Of a stretch of 21,061 nt of DNA, positions 7,629-16,899 are shown piece after piece. Under the pieces are notes generated by a model. It worked only from the letters and a program-made list of their open reading frames with translations. It ran no database searches and was not told the origin of the DNA. Source of the stretch: Elusimicrobiota bacterium. Lineage in GTDB: Bacteria; CG03; SLGR01; JBDRKX01. The translations under genes were made by a program, and so were the position numbers. Position 1 is the first letter of the stretch; every line of letters starts with the position of its first letter. Location of the stretch: NCBI GenBank assembly GCA_043813605.1, contig JBDRKX010000001.1:1-21061 (forward strand), given 5' to 3'.

Positions 7629-9110
7629 TTATATACTATGATTATCGCTGTTTATAGGTAGGAAAATTGAAAAGACGGCGCCTTTTTCTGACTCAATAGA
7701 TTTTGCTGTGATCCTTCCACCATGGTTTTCAACTATTCTGAATGCCAGACTCAAACCAAGGCCGGTACCCTCCCCCACATCTCTTGTTGTAAAGAACGGC
7801 TCAAAAAGATGTTCCCCGGTTTCGCCGTCAAAACCACTGCCGGTATCAGTGAACCTTATTTCGACATAATAATTGCCGTCAAGTTCTGCTATGCCTGTAT
7901 ATACAGTAAATTTGCCTCCTGACGGCATTGCCTGCATAGCATTATTGATTATGTTCAGAAAAGCCTGCTGGATAGACCTTTCCGAAACCTCTACCTGGGG
8001 CAGGTCGCTCCCATAGTCTTTAATCAGTTCTATATCGCTTGAAAGCATCTCGGAAGAACAGAATGTAAATGTAGTTTCCAAAATATCATTTATATCAACT
8101 TTATTCAGTTTAATATGTTCTCTTTCTTTTCTTGAAAAATCCAGCAAGTCAGCAACGATATTCTGACACCTGATCGATGCGCGCTCTATTTTCTGAAGCA
8201 GCGGATAACTTTTATCCTCATGATGTACCTTTTTAAGAAGGAGCTGCACATTTCCCAGTATTCCGGTCATCGGATTATTTATCTCGTGAGCAACACCGCC
8301 CGCCAGTTCGCCTATTGCCGCCATTTTGCTCAACTGGGTCATTTTATTGTGATATTCTTTCAGATCCGCAGCCATCTGGTCAAATGACCTTGATATACTA
8401 TAGAACTCATTGTGTTCTTTTATTTTGATCTTGTAATCCAGATTCCCCTGGCCGATATTCTTTGAAGCTATCACCAGTTCTTTTAATGGCGCTGTTATTG
8501 ACGTATATACACTTATGCCGGACAATATAAATACCGTCATACATATCATGATAAGGATAACAGAATAGAATGTCACCTTTTCATGAAAAGATCCAGCGAC
8601 ATTCCTTGATTCTTGTATATGTTTTTCAAGTCTGGCTATCATTGCAGCATACCTGTTTTTCAGAATATCTATCTCCAGCAGGATATTCTGTTCGCCCATT
8701 TTTACAGCTGTACCTGACATTTCGCGATACATAGGTCCGGCGGATTCAACAAGAAGTTGCTGGGATCGTGTTATACTGTCTTTCATACCCTCCACACTGA
8801 CGGTTTTATTTTTTTCTTTTTCATCCGGACCGGAGGGAACGGATACCGGCACATTATACTCTTTGTCAGAATAGACCTGGTCTTCAAATATCTTTACCTG
8901 TTCATCGAATATCCCGGCTGTCGCTTTCATAGCTTCCAGACGCTTAACCAGGTTTTCAGTCACATTATAGTAACCTGTCTGCTTATTACCTGTATAGAAA
9001 TAGAATAGGGACATTAATGAAAAAAGAAGTATAAATATGACCAGAGTGACTGTTATCTTTGTTTTAATCAGCATGGGTTTTTTTATTTTTTTCTTATGTT
9101 TTACCGGCAA
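7629..9110 (-). CDS. Membrane sensor histidine kinase (2 TM, HAMP, HisKA, HATPase; NtrB-like)
   Basis: H-box AHEINNPMTGI, N-box NIINNAMQA, DTGSG, LFEPFFTT, GTGLGLS; HAMP PLKELVIASKNIGQGNL. The start is uncertain: TTG 9110 or ATG 9074. Confidence 0.93.
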   Translation of the reverse strand: MPVKHKKKIKKPMLIKTKITVTLVIFILLFSLMSLFYFYTGNKQTGYYNVTENLVKRLEAMKATAGIFDEQVKIFEDQVYSDKEYNVPVSVPSGPDEKEKNKTVSVEGMKDSITRSQQLLVESAGPMYREMSGTAVKMGEQNILLEIDILKNRYAAMIARLEKHIQESRNVAGSFHEKVTFYSVILIMICMTVFILSGISVYTSITAPLKELVIASKNIGQGNLDYKIKIKEHNEFYSISRSFDQMAADLKEYHNKMTQLSKMAAIGELAGGVAHEINNPMTGILGNVQLLLKKVHHEDKSYPLLQKIERASIRCQNIVADLLDFSRKEREHIKLNKVDINDILETTFTFCSSEMLSSDIELIKDYGSDLPQVEVSERSIQQAFLNIINNAMQAMPSGGKFTVYTGIAELDGNYYVEIRFTDTGSGFDGETGEHLFEPFFTTRDVGEGTGLGLSLAFRIVENHGGRITAKSIESEKGAVFSIFLPINSDNHSI

Positions 9111-9147
9111 CCGTGTTTTGTCGGGCGCCTCAAAGCCGGTTACCGGT
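9103..9147. other. GC-rich hairpin between the sigma factor and the histidine kinase
   Basis: ACCGGCAACCG (9103-9113) pairs with CGGTTACCGGT (9137-9147), with one G.U pair on the minus-strand RNA, plus inner TTTG/CAAA pairing. No U-tract follows on the minus strand. Confidence 0.5.
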
Positions 9148-9157
9148 TACAGCAGTT

Positions 9158-9994
9158 TTACAGTTTATTATGCAAGACTATTCTTCTGAGTTTTTTTATG
9201 GCTCTTTCCTGGATCTCTTTTGCCTTTGACGGACTCAATTTATATTTTTCACCTATATCTTTGTACGTGCATTTATCATCATTTACAAGCCCGAACCGCA
9301 TCTCCAGGACACACCTTTCCTCTTCGGTAAGAAGACTAAGCAGACTTTCCACCTGTTCCAGGCTGCTTAAGTTGTCAACAACATTATCGGCTGAACCCTC
9401 TTCTTTTGGAACGATATCCTCCAGCGTACTTGTCTTGTCATCATCCAGATAATAATCCAGTGACCTGATGTTTTTTATCTTCATTGCGGACTGCAGGGTC
9501 TCACGCAGCTCTGCTATAGACATGTCTATTCGTCTGGCAAGTTCACCTATCTCCGGAGCCTGGCCTGTCTGCTGAAGCAGTATAGTCGTGGTCTTTTCGA
9601 TCTTTTTCATATATCTCCAGATCTTCTCGGGTATCTGCACCACACTTCGTGATTTCAAAAAAGCGTCCTGGAAGTGTTTTTCAATCCACCAGGATGCGTA
9701 TGTCGAGAACTTAAAGCCTTTGCCCGGATCGAATTTCTCTACTGCTTTCACCAGTCCTATATTGCCTTCTTCTATAAAATCCAGAAATTCTATGTTCATC
9801 CGGGGGTAATAATATTTTTTTGCAAGATTCACTACTAATGAAAGGTTATCCTGAATTATATTCAGGCGGGCTTCTTTATATCCCCTTGTCTTTTTTTTGA
9901 TCTTATTGAAGAGCTTTTTTCTCTCTTCTTCTGTCAAGGCTGGTTTACTGTGTATTTGCTTAAGATAAAGCCTTAAGTTCTCAAAATTGCCCAA
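9158..9994 (-). CDS. Sigma70-family (RpoD/RpoS-like, regions 1.2-4) alternative sigma factor, divergent
   Basis: Region 1.2 LRLYLKQI..LTEEE; region 2 NLSLVVNLAKKY, DFIEEGNIGLVKAVEKFDPGKGFKFSTYASWWI; region 3 SLD; region 4 LTEEERCVLEMRFGL...KKLR. TTG start with AAGGA RBS; no region 1.1. Confidence 0.92.
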   Translation of the reverse strand: MGNFENLRLYLKQIHSKPALTEEERKKLFNKIKKKTRGYKEARLNIIQDNLSLVVNLAKKYYYPRMNIEFLDFIEEGNIGLVKAVEKFDPGKGFKFSTYASWWIEKHFQDAFLKSRSVVQIPEKIWRYMKKIEKTTTILLQQTGQAPEIGELARRIDMSIAELRETLQSAMKIKNIRSLDYYLDDDKTSTLEDIVPKEEGSADNVVDNLSSLEQVESLLSLLTEEERCVLEMRFGLVNDDKCTYKDIGEKYKLSPSKAKEIQERAIKKLRRIVLHNKL

Positions 9995-10017
9995 ATTATC
10001 TGCTTCCTTACGCAGTT

Positions 10018-10023
10018 ATTATA
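10018..10023 (-). promoter_or_regulatory. -10 box (TATAAT) upstream of the sigma gene, no recognisable -35
   Basis: TATAAT at 10023-10018 gives a leader of about 17 nt that contains the RBS. The expected -35 position (10046-10041) falls inside the inverted-repeat arm. Confidence 0.45.
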
Positions 10024-10032
10024 CTACTGTAC

Positions 10033-10076
10033 TGTTAGATATACTGCTTAACTGAATATACGCAGTATATCTAACA
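10033..10076. repeat. Perfect 15-bp inverted repeat with 14-nt spacer
   Basis: TGTTAGATATACTGC (10033-10047), ttaactgaatatac, GCAGTATATCTAACA (10062-10076). Confidence 0.9.
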
Positions 10077-10102
10077 AAAGGAAAATATTTTTAAGTTTTA
10101 AA

Positions 10103-10351
10103 TTATTCGCGTCTTCTTGTATTTTCAGCAATTTCCATAAGCAGCTTCACTATACCCGAAAAAGTATAGAGAATCGCAAAATAAAGGGCGCCTACCAGAA
10201 GAGCCACGATGCTCATACTGCGCGGACTGCCCGGCTGACCGCCGCCTATAAGAATTATAAAAAATGAAAGAACTCCCAGCACGCCCACTATATAAGCAAG
10301 CCATTCCATGATTTTTACAACGATCCCTAGAATCTTGTACGATTTCTCCAT
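10103..10351 (-). CDS. Small integral membrane protein (82 aa, 2 TM)
   Basis: Two hydrophobic stretches joined by GGGQPGSPR; C-terminal LLMEIAENTRR; strong AGGAGG RBS. Confidence 0.8.
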   Translation of the reverse strand: MEKSYKILGIVVKIMEWLAYIVGVLGVLSFFIILIGGGQPGSPRSMSIVALLVGALYFAILYTFSGIVKLLMEIAENTRRRE

Positions 10352-10399
10352 TTGAACCTCCTGTTCGTTACTTATTATCCTATTTTCAAATAATACTTA

Positions 10400-10428
10400 A
10401 ATTTAACACAAATTGATTTTTTTTTCAA
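10400..10428 (-). promoter_or_regulatory. Putative sigma70 promoter for the small membrane protein gene
   Basis: TTGAAA (10428-10423), 17 nt, extended -10 TGt-TAAATT (10408-10400). Confidence 0.5.
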
Positions 10429-10439
10429 GTAAAATAATT

Positions 10440-10739
10440 TTATTCCCTGTTTTTAGGTATATTGCTGCTCTCTACAATAAAAAATTTCATCTCGTCTTCT
10501 TCAACAAATCCCAGGTCTTTCCTGGCTATAAACTTCATATAATCTTCTTCTGTCTCCATCCATTTTAGTTCATTCTCAGTATTCCCGTTCCATTCTTTAA
10601 GAGTATTCAGTTTTTCTTCATAAGAAGCCACTTCATTTTTCATGTTAAAAATATGCTTCAATGTTGATCCGGACAGATATAGTACAACAGCAATTATACC
10701 TATCAGGATGTAAAAAAGTTTTAGTCCTGTTCCTTTCAC
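10440..10739 (-). CDS. ftsB: Septum formation initiator, FtsB/DivIC family
   Basis: One TM segment, a coiled coil, then KFIARKDLGFVEEDE (ARxxLG motif); classic eno-ftsB synteny. Start moved to the in-frame GTG at 10739 to avoid a 44-nt overlap with eno. Confidence 0.8.
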   Translation of the reverse strand: MKGTGLKLFYILIGIIAVVLYLSGSTLKHIFNMKNEVASYEEKLNTLKEWNGNTENELKWMETEEDYMKFIARKDLGFVEEDEMKFFIVESSNIPKNRE

Positions 10740-10743
10740 CCGT

Positions 10744-12027
<1,284 letters not shown>

Positions 12028-12105
12028 TCATCCTTTCTTATACATATTCCTTCTACTGCCTGCAGCGGATATCCTAAAAACCTTTTTCTGTCCTTTCAGG
12101 TTTAG

Positions 12106-13530
12106 CTAGATACCGAAATATTCCTCTGCCGATCTGAGGAGAGCCTCATTGTTCTCCGGAGTCGTGCTTTCCAGGTATATTCTGATAACCGGTTCTGTAC
12201 CGGAAAAACGCACACCCAGCCATGTATCCTTCTCTTCCATTATAAACTTATATCCGTCAATACGGTTAACGGATTTTACGGCAAATGCGCCGAATGCTTC
12301 TGGAAGGCTTTTATCAAGTTTTTCCTTTATCTTATTCATCAAGCCGCCGGTTAAACGGTAGTTTTTTCTTAATGTAATAAAACTGCCTACTTTCTTATAA
12401 AGTTCATCGAGAATTTCCGACAGGGGTTTTCCTTCAGTCGCTCTCAATTCCGCCATAAGGAGACATGCCAGTATACCGTCCTTTTCCGGTATATGGCCGC
12501 CTATAGTGAGTCCCCCGCTTTCTTCACCGCCGACTATCATGTCTTTTTTAACAAATATATCTCCTATATATTTGAAGCCCACCGGAGTCTCTACTACTTC
12601 TACTCCCAGTTCTGCGGCAACAGCATCCATAAATGCTGATGTCATAACCGAGCGCGCCGCTACACCGCGATATCCTTTTCTATACAGGTGATAGAGCGCC
12701 AGTCCCATTACCTGATTCGGGGTTATGAATACACCGTTTGAATCCATTATCCCGAAACGGTCTGCGTCACCGTCCGTAGACAGGCCGATGTCATATCCCC
12801 CGCCCAGAAGTATGTTCCTCATATCTTCAAGATATTCTTCCGCGGGTTCGGGCCGGTGACCGCCGAAAAGTACATCTCTTTGGCCATTTAATATCCTCAT
12901 GGAGTTATTTTCTATGATCTTAGACAAATATGACCTGCCGGCTCCATACATTGCATCATAGACACAAGAAAGGCTCTTTCCGATCAGTTTCGTGTCAATA
13001 AGTTCTTTTATCTTTTTAATATACGGGACAGCCAGATCGACGACCTGTATCATACCATTCTCTACAGCATCGTCGAAAAACGCCCTTTTTATACCCTCAG
13101 GATTATGCTCTAATCTACGGCAGTTTTCTTCTATTTTTTTTGTCGTATCCGGAAGAGCAGGCCCTCCCCAGGCCGGCGAAAATTTGATTCCTGAATATTC
13201 AGGCGGATTATGTGACGCAGTTATATTAACACCTCCGGAAAGAGAATTTTCTATTATATAGTGGGATATCCCCGGTGTAGGGGCGTCGATCTCAGAATAA
13301 TGCACCTTAATGCCGTTTGCCGCAAGCACTTCGCTTGAAGCTGCAGCAAATTTTTCGGAAAGAAACCTGGGATCATAACCGACTACAACAGAACATTCTC
13401 TTTCCTGAGGTTCTTCTTTAATATAATCCGCTATAGCCTGAGAAACCAGCCTTACATTGTCAAAGGTGAAATCGTCACTTATTATACCTCGCCAGCCTGA
13501 TGTACCAAAAGTTATGTTTGATCTACGCAT
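12106..13530 (-). CDS. Phosphoglucomutase/phosphomannomutase (alpha-D-phosphohexomutase)
   Basis: FGTSGWRG, TASHNP (phospho-Ser), DGDADR (metal), GEESGG, RFSGTEP. Start moved to ATG 13530 (MRRSNITFG), which overlaps the upstream stop by 8 nt. Confidence 0.95.
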   Translation of the reverse strand: MRRSNITFGTSGWRGIISDDFTFDNVRLVSQAIADYIKEEPQERECSVVVGYDPRFLSEKFAAASSEVLAANGIKVHYSEIDAPTPGISHYIIENSLSGGVNITASHNPPEYSGIKFSPAWGGPALPDTTKKIEENCRRLEHNPEGIKRAFFDDAVENGMIQVVDLAVPYIKKIKELIDTKLIGKSLSCVYDAMYGAGRSYLSKIIENNSMRILNGQRDVLFGGHRPEPAEEYLEDMRNILLGGGYDIGLSTDGDADRFGIMDSNGVFITPNQVMGLALYHLYRKGYRGVAARSVMTSAFMDAVAAELGVEVVETPVGFKYIGDIFVKKDMIVGGEESGGLTIGGHIPEKDGILACLLMAELRATEGKPLSEILDELYKKVGSFITLRKNYRLTGGLMNKIKEKLDKSLPEAFGAFAVKSVNRIDGYKFIMEEKDTWLGVRFSGTEPVIRIYLESTTPENNEALLRSAEEYFGI

Positions 13531-14008
13531 CTTTATTCTGTCTCTCCTGCGCAATATCATCCGCACGTTTTTCTGCAACGACTATCCTCTCGTCAATAAC
13601 CCGGTTTATCAATCTGGCAAGCGGTATTATCTCATCGTCTTCCCTTCTCAATTTCACCCTTTTAATTTTCTTAGCGATCAGTAAATTAAGCTGTTTTTCC
13701 AGTGCATATAACGGTCCTGCTATCTGGAAAGATATATGTTTGGCCCAGACCGCCGCAACGACAATAAGGATAACAGCCACCAGCGGCAGAAACCAGTTCA
13801 GCCAGGAAAGGACTTCGGTAAGCCGCTCTTCAGTATATCCCGAGAACCCGGCCTGATTGATCTTTATCCTGAGTGCGACATAAAAGGTCAACAGAGAAAC
13901 TGCCATAAATCCCGCAATATTTATTACAACAAGTCTCAGTATTTTCTTTTCAAAATTACTTTTTATTATTACCCTTGATCTTCTTTCTGTTTCTTTTTCT
14001 TCTTCCAT
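13523..14008 (-). CDS. Two-TM membrane protein with a HAMP-like C-terminus and no output domain
   Basis: Two TM helices, then IAGPLYALEKQLNLL...VKLRREDDEIIPLARLIN (HAMP pattern) and a short coiled tail; GGAGG RBS. Confidence 0.75.
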   Translation of the reverse strand: MEEEKETERRSRVIIKSNFEKKILRLVVINIAGFMAVSLLTFYVALRIKINQAGFSGYTEERLTEVLSWLNWFLPLVAVILIVVAAVWAKHISFQIAGPLYALEKQLNLLIAKKIKRVKLRREDDEIIPLARLINRVIDERIVVAEKRADDIAQERQNKDA

Positions 14009-14058
14009 TTATCCTCCCGTTACCGCCGAAAAACCATCGGCGACAGCGTAATAGTATA

Positions 14059-14823
14059 TCACAAAATGCCCTCATTTTCAAACACTTTTAAAAGCTTCTT
14101 AAACCCAGGTATATCTATATTCTGCGGCCTTATATCAGGCCGTATACCTCCGGCCGTGATCAGCCGCGCCATATCGGAAGCAGGTCTTGCAAAATATATA
14201 CTAAGTGAATTCCGGAGTTTTTTTCTTTTGCTGCTGAAAGCCGCTTTTACAAGTTTATAAAAGTTCCCTGAGAGAGGGCCCGTCTTCCTGGTTATTGATA
14301 TAACAAATGAATTTATTTTCGGCGCAGGGTCAAAATCTTCTCTGTTTACCATGAATTCTATTTTCGCATCCCCGGTTGCTCCGCACATAACGGAAAGAAA
14401 AGAATATTCCGGCATACCGGGACCGGCGGCTGCTCTCTGTGCTACTCCATCAGGCAGCATAAGGACACATTTTTTCCATTGAACCCCGGTTCGCATTACC
14501 CGCTCTATTATTCTGCCGCATATCTGATAGGGTATATTACCGCATATCTTGTTGAAGCTCAGACTCTCCAGATCAGTTTGAAGAAAATCCGCGTTTATTA
14601 CAGTAAGGTTCTCATGGCTGTCGTTTATAAGTCTCTCTGCCAGCCGGGCGTCTAATTCTATTGCTGTTACCGATGCAGAACTTTCTACCAGATATGATGT
14701 CAGGAAACCGCCGCCTGGACCGATTTCAAGGATATTATCTTCACTGTCGATACTAAGGAGTTCAGTTATCTTTCTTGCCGCCTCCGGATCAATAAGGAAA
14801 TGCTGACCGAGTCTTTTTCCCAT
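14059..14823 (-). CDS. rsmA: 16S rRNA m6,2A dimethyltransferase (KsgA)
   Basis: LGQHFL, LEIGPGGG, AIELD, GNIPY, FDPAPKI, AFSSKRKKLRN; follows pdxA. Confidence 0.96.
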   Translation of the reverse strand: MGKRLGQHFLIDPEAARKITELLSIDSEDNILEIGPGGGFLTSYLVESSASVTAIELDARLAERLINDSHENLTVINADFLQTDLESLSFNKICGNIPYQICGRIIERVMRTGVQWKKCVLMLPDGVAQRAAAGPGMPEYSFLSVMCGATGDAKIEFMVNREDFDPAPKINSFVISITRKTGPLSGNFYKLVKAAFSSKRKKLRNSLSIYFARPASDMARLITAGGIRPDIRPQNIDIPGFKKLLKVFENEGIL

Positions 14824-15776
14824 TAACCGGTATTTTCTGAAATCCGGGCCGCAAGTTCCAGAGCAGCTTTCATACTCCGGTAGTCGGCCATGTCTTTTCC
14901 TGAAATATCTATTGCAGGACCGTGGTCGGGAGATGTCCTGATAAACGGCAGCCCGGCAGTTACATTCACAAGAGGCCCGAGAAACACCTTGGCACCGGAC
15001 AACACCTGGTCATGATATATCGAAATAAGAAAATCATATTCTCCCTCCACTGTCCTTTTTAATGCTTCATATGCGCCTAACGGGCCTGTGATATCTACTC
15101 CTTTATCTCTCAGTGTTTTCAAGGGCAGCTCAAGCAATTCGGATTCTTCGTTACCCATAATGCCTTTCTCACCTGAATGCGGATTAACAGAACAGATCGC
15201 GATCCTTGGCTGTGTGAAGCCATACCATGACTTAAGCGCATCACATACTATGTTGACGTGCTGTATTATATATCCGCTGTTTAATACTGATACAACAGAT
15301 CTTAAAGGAAGATGAGTGGTCATAAGAGACATCTTTATGCCGGAAGAAACAAATACCATCACAACAGTTTCAACTCCGGCTAATCCGGCTATATACTCCG
15401 TATGACCGGTAAACCCGGGTCTCACTTCAGCAATGGACTCTTTGGTAACCGGAGCAGTAACAATTGAATTTCCGCTTTCAGCCCTGCATAGCCGGACCGC
15501 CGTATCTATATAATCTATGGAATCCGCACCGGGATGACCGGTAGTATCCCTGTGTATAAAATAAACCGTTTTATTCTTCCCATGATCGATATCTGCTGCC
15601 GGAGATATTTGCGTGCCGCATATATCTGCATATTTTTGCATTAGAGAAGAATTACCGATAACAATCGGTACGTTATTACCCATACTGCCTGAGCTGAATA
15701 TGTCCGCAAGCCCTTTAAATATTATCTCGGGACCTACCCCGCGCGGGTCACCCATTGTGATATAGATCTTTTTCAT
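14823..15776 (-). CDS. pdxA: 4-hydroxythreonine-4-phosphate dehydrogenase
   Basis: TMGDPRGVGPEI, TAPVTK, GHTE, THLPL, NPHSGE, YHDQ, GLPFIRTSPDHG. Confidence 0.95.
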   Translation of the reverse strand: MKKIYITMGDPRGVGPEIIFKGLADIFSSGSMGNNVPIVIGNSSLMQKYADICGTQISPAADIDHGKNKTVYFIHRDTTGHPGADSIDYIDTAVRLCRAESGNSIVTAPVTKESIAEVRPGFTGHTEYIAGLAGVETVVMVFVSSGIKMSLMTTHLPLRSVVSVLNSGYIIQHVNIVCDALKSWYGFTQPRIAICSVNPHSGEKGIMGNEESELLELPLKTLRDKGVDITGPLGAYEALKRTVEGEYDFLISIYHDQVLSGAKVFLGPLVNVTAGLPFIRTSPDHGPAIDISGKDMADYRSMKAALELAARISENTG

Positions 15777-15825
15777 TTTTTACAGCTTTCCACTAATATA
15801 TTGCCTGGACAGACAGCTCAGAAAG

Positions 15826-16899
15826 TCAGAACCCCAGAATTTTTTTAAGGACCTGCCTTTTCTCTTCCAGGTCTTCCGGCCTTTTTATCGGATAAAACCT
15901 TTCTTTCCTGGCAACTTTTAAAAACAGAGTAGACAAGAATTTTGTCATATCGCCTGCCAGATGCTCAAATTGTATAACATCCTGCCCGGCGACCTGTTTC
16001 TTCACCAGGTACCATGGCAGGGAGAAATCTTTTTTCAGGCTTTCTGCATTTACCCAGTATGTTGAGCAGTTAAAAACAGGTATCTGTGATTGGTCAAAAT
16101 TTTCCGGGAAACAGAAACCTTCAACCAGCTGCAGCTTCCCGTCTACGATTGCCGGAGCGCCTCCTTCGTCTCCGGGGTCTTTTAAGGCGACTTCAGCGGT
16201 GAGTTCGCAATTCTGCTCTATATGGAACCCCAGAATTACAGGCGCAACTCTGGCTCCAAGATTATCTACGTTAGAGAAAAAAATATATTTGCCGCCGGAA
16301 GAAAGAAATTCGTCCAATAAACCGCTGTCTCTGAAAGCATATGGGAAATCACCGTGGCCAGGACCGTAGAAGGCGTCTATTCCGGTTTCGCTTCTTAAAT
16401 AAGATCCCTTCTCATCGATTCTCGGAGCTATATACTGATTAAACATCTTTATACTCCCGGGAACGCCGAAATATCCCTTATCATTAAGAAGCTGTTCTGT
16501 TTTAGCCGATGTGGCAAAAGAATTCATTATAAACAACTTTATCTCAGGTGAAACTTTAGAAGTTTCCTTTATCTTTAATTCCAGAAAACTCAATCCGTCA
16601 AAGACTTCGACCGCGCCTTTAACAAGACCGCCGAATCGCGTTCCCATACCGCCATTGAGAATAACTATTCCGAGTTCCCCTTTGGATATAGACTCTATTC
16701 CCCTCTGTTTCAATCTGCCGTATTCTCCGGAAGGCACAGGCGGCAGGGATATAAAATCATCTTCTGCCGGGCATTTCAGCATACCGCTTATTATGTTGTT
16801 CTCTTGTTTAAGATTACCTGTCCGGTAGGATTCTATGAGTCTTTCTATTTCTGCGGCTGGATAATGATATTCCTTAAGAAGAGGATGTTCGAGGCTCAT
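15826..16899 (-). CDS. UTP-glucose-1-phosphate uridylyltransferase, eukaryote-type UDPGP family
   Basis: LNGGMGTRFG..VKG, IMNSFAT, FNQ, PGHGD, SNVDNLGA, GG..LQLVE, FN, QFE, RFYPIK. This is the UGP1/UAP-family motif set, not the GalU set. Confidence 0.88.
   Translation of the reverse strand: MSLEHPLLKEYHYPAAEIERLIESYRTGNLKQENNIISGMLKCPAEDDFISLPPVPSGEYGRLKQRGIESISKGELGIVILNGGMGTRFGGLVKGAVEVFDGLSFLELKIKETSKVSPEIKLFIMNSFATSAKTEQLLNDKGYFGVPGSIKMFNQYIAPRIDEKGSYLRSETGIDAFYGPGHGDFPYAFRDSGLLDEFLSSGGKYIFFSNVDNLGARVAPVILGFHIEQNCELTAEVALKDPGDEGGAPAIVDGKLQLVEGFCFPENFDQSQIPVFNCSTYWVNAESLKKDFSLPWYLVKKQVAGQDVIQFEHLAGDMTKFLSTLFLKVARKERFYPIKRPEDLEEKRQVLKKILGF

Noticed and set aside
14018..14048. Hairpin CGCCGA/TCGGCG after rsmA as an intrinsic terminator
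   Set aside because: No U-tract follows; the GGAGG RBS of the next gene comes immediately after, so termination is unsupported.
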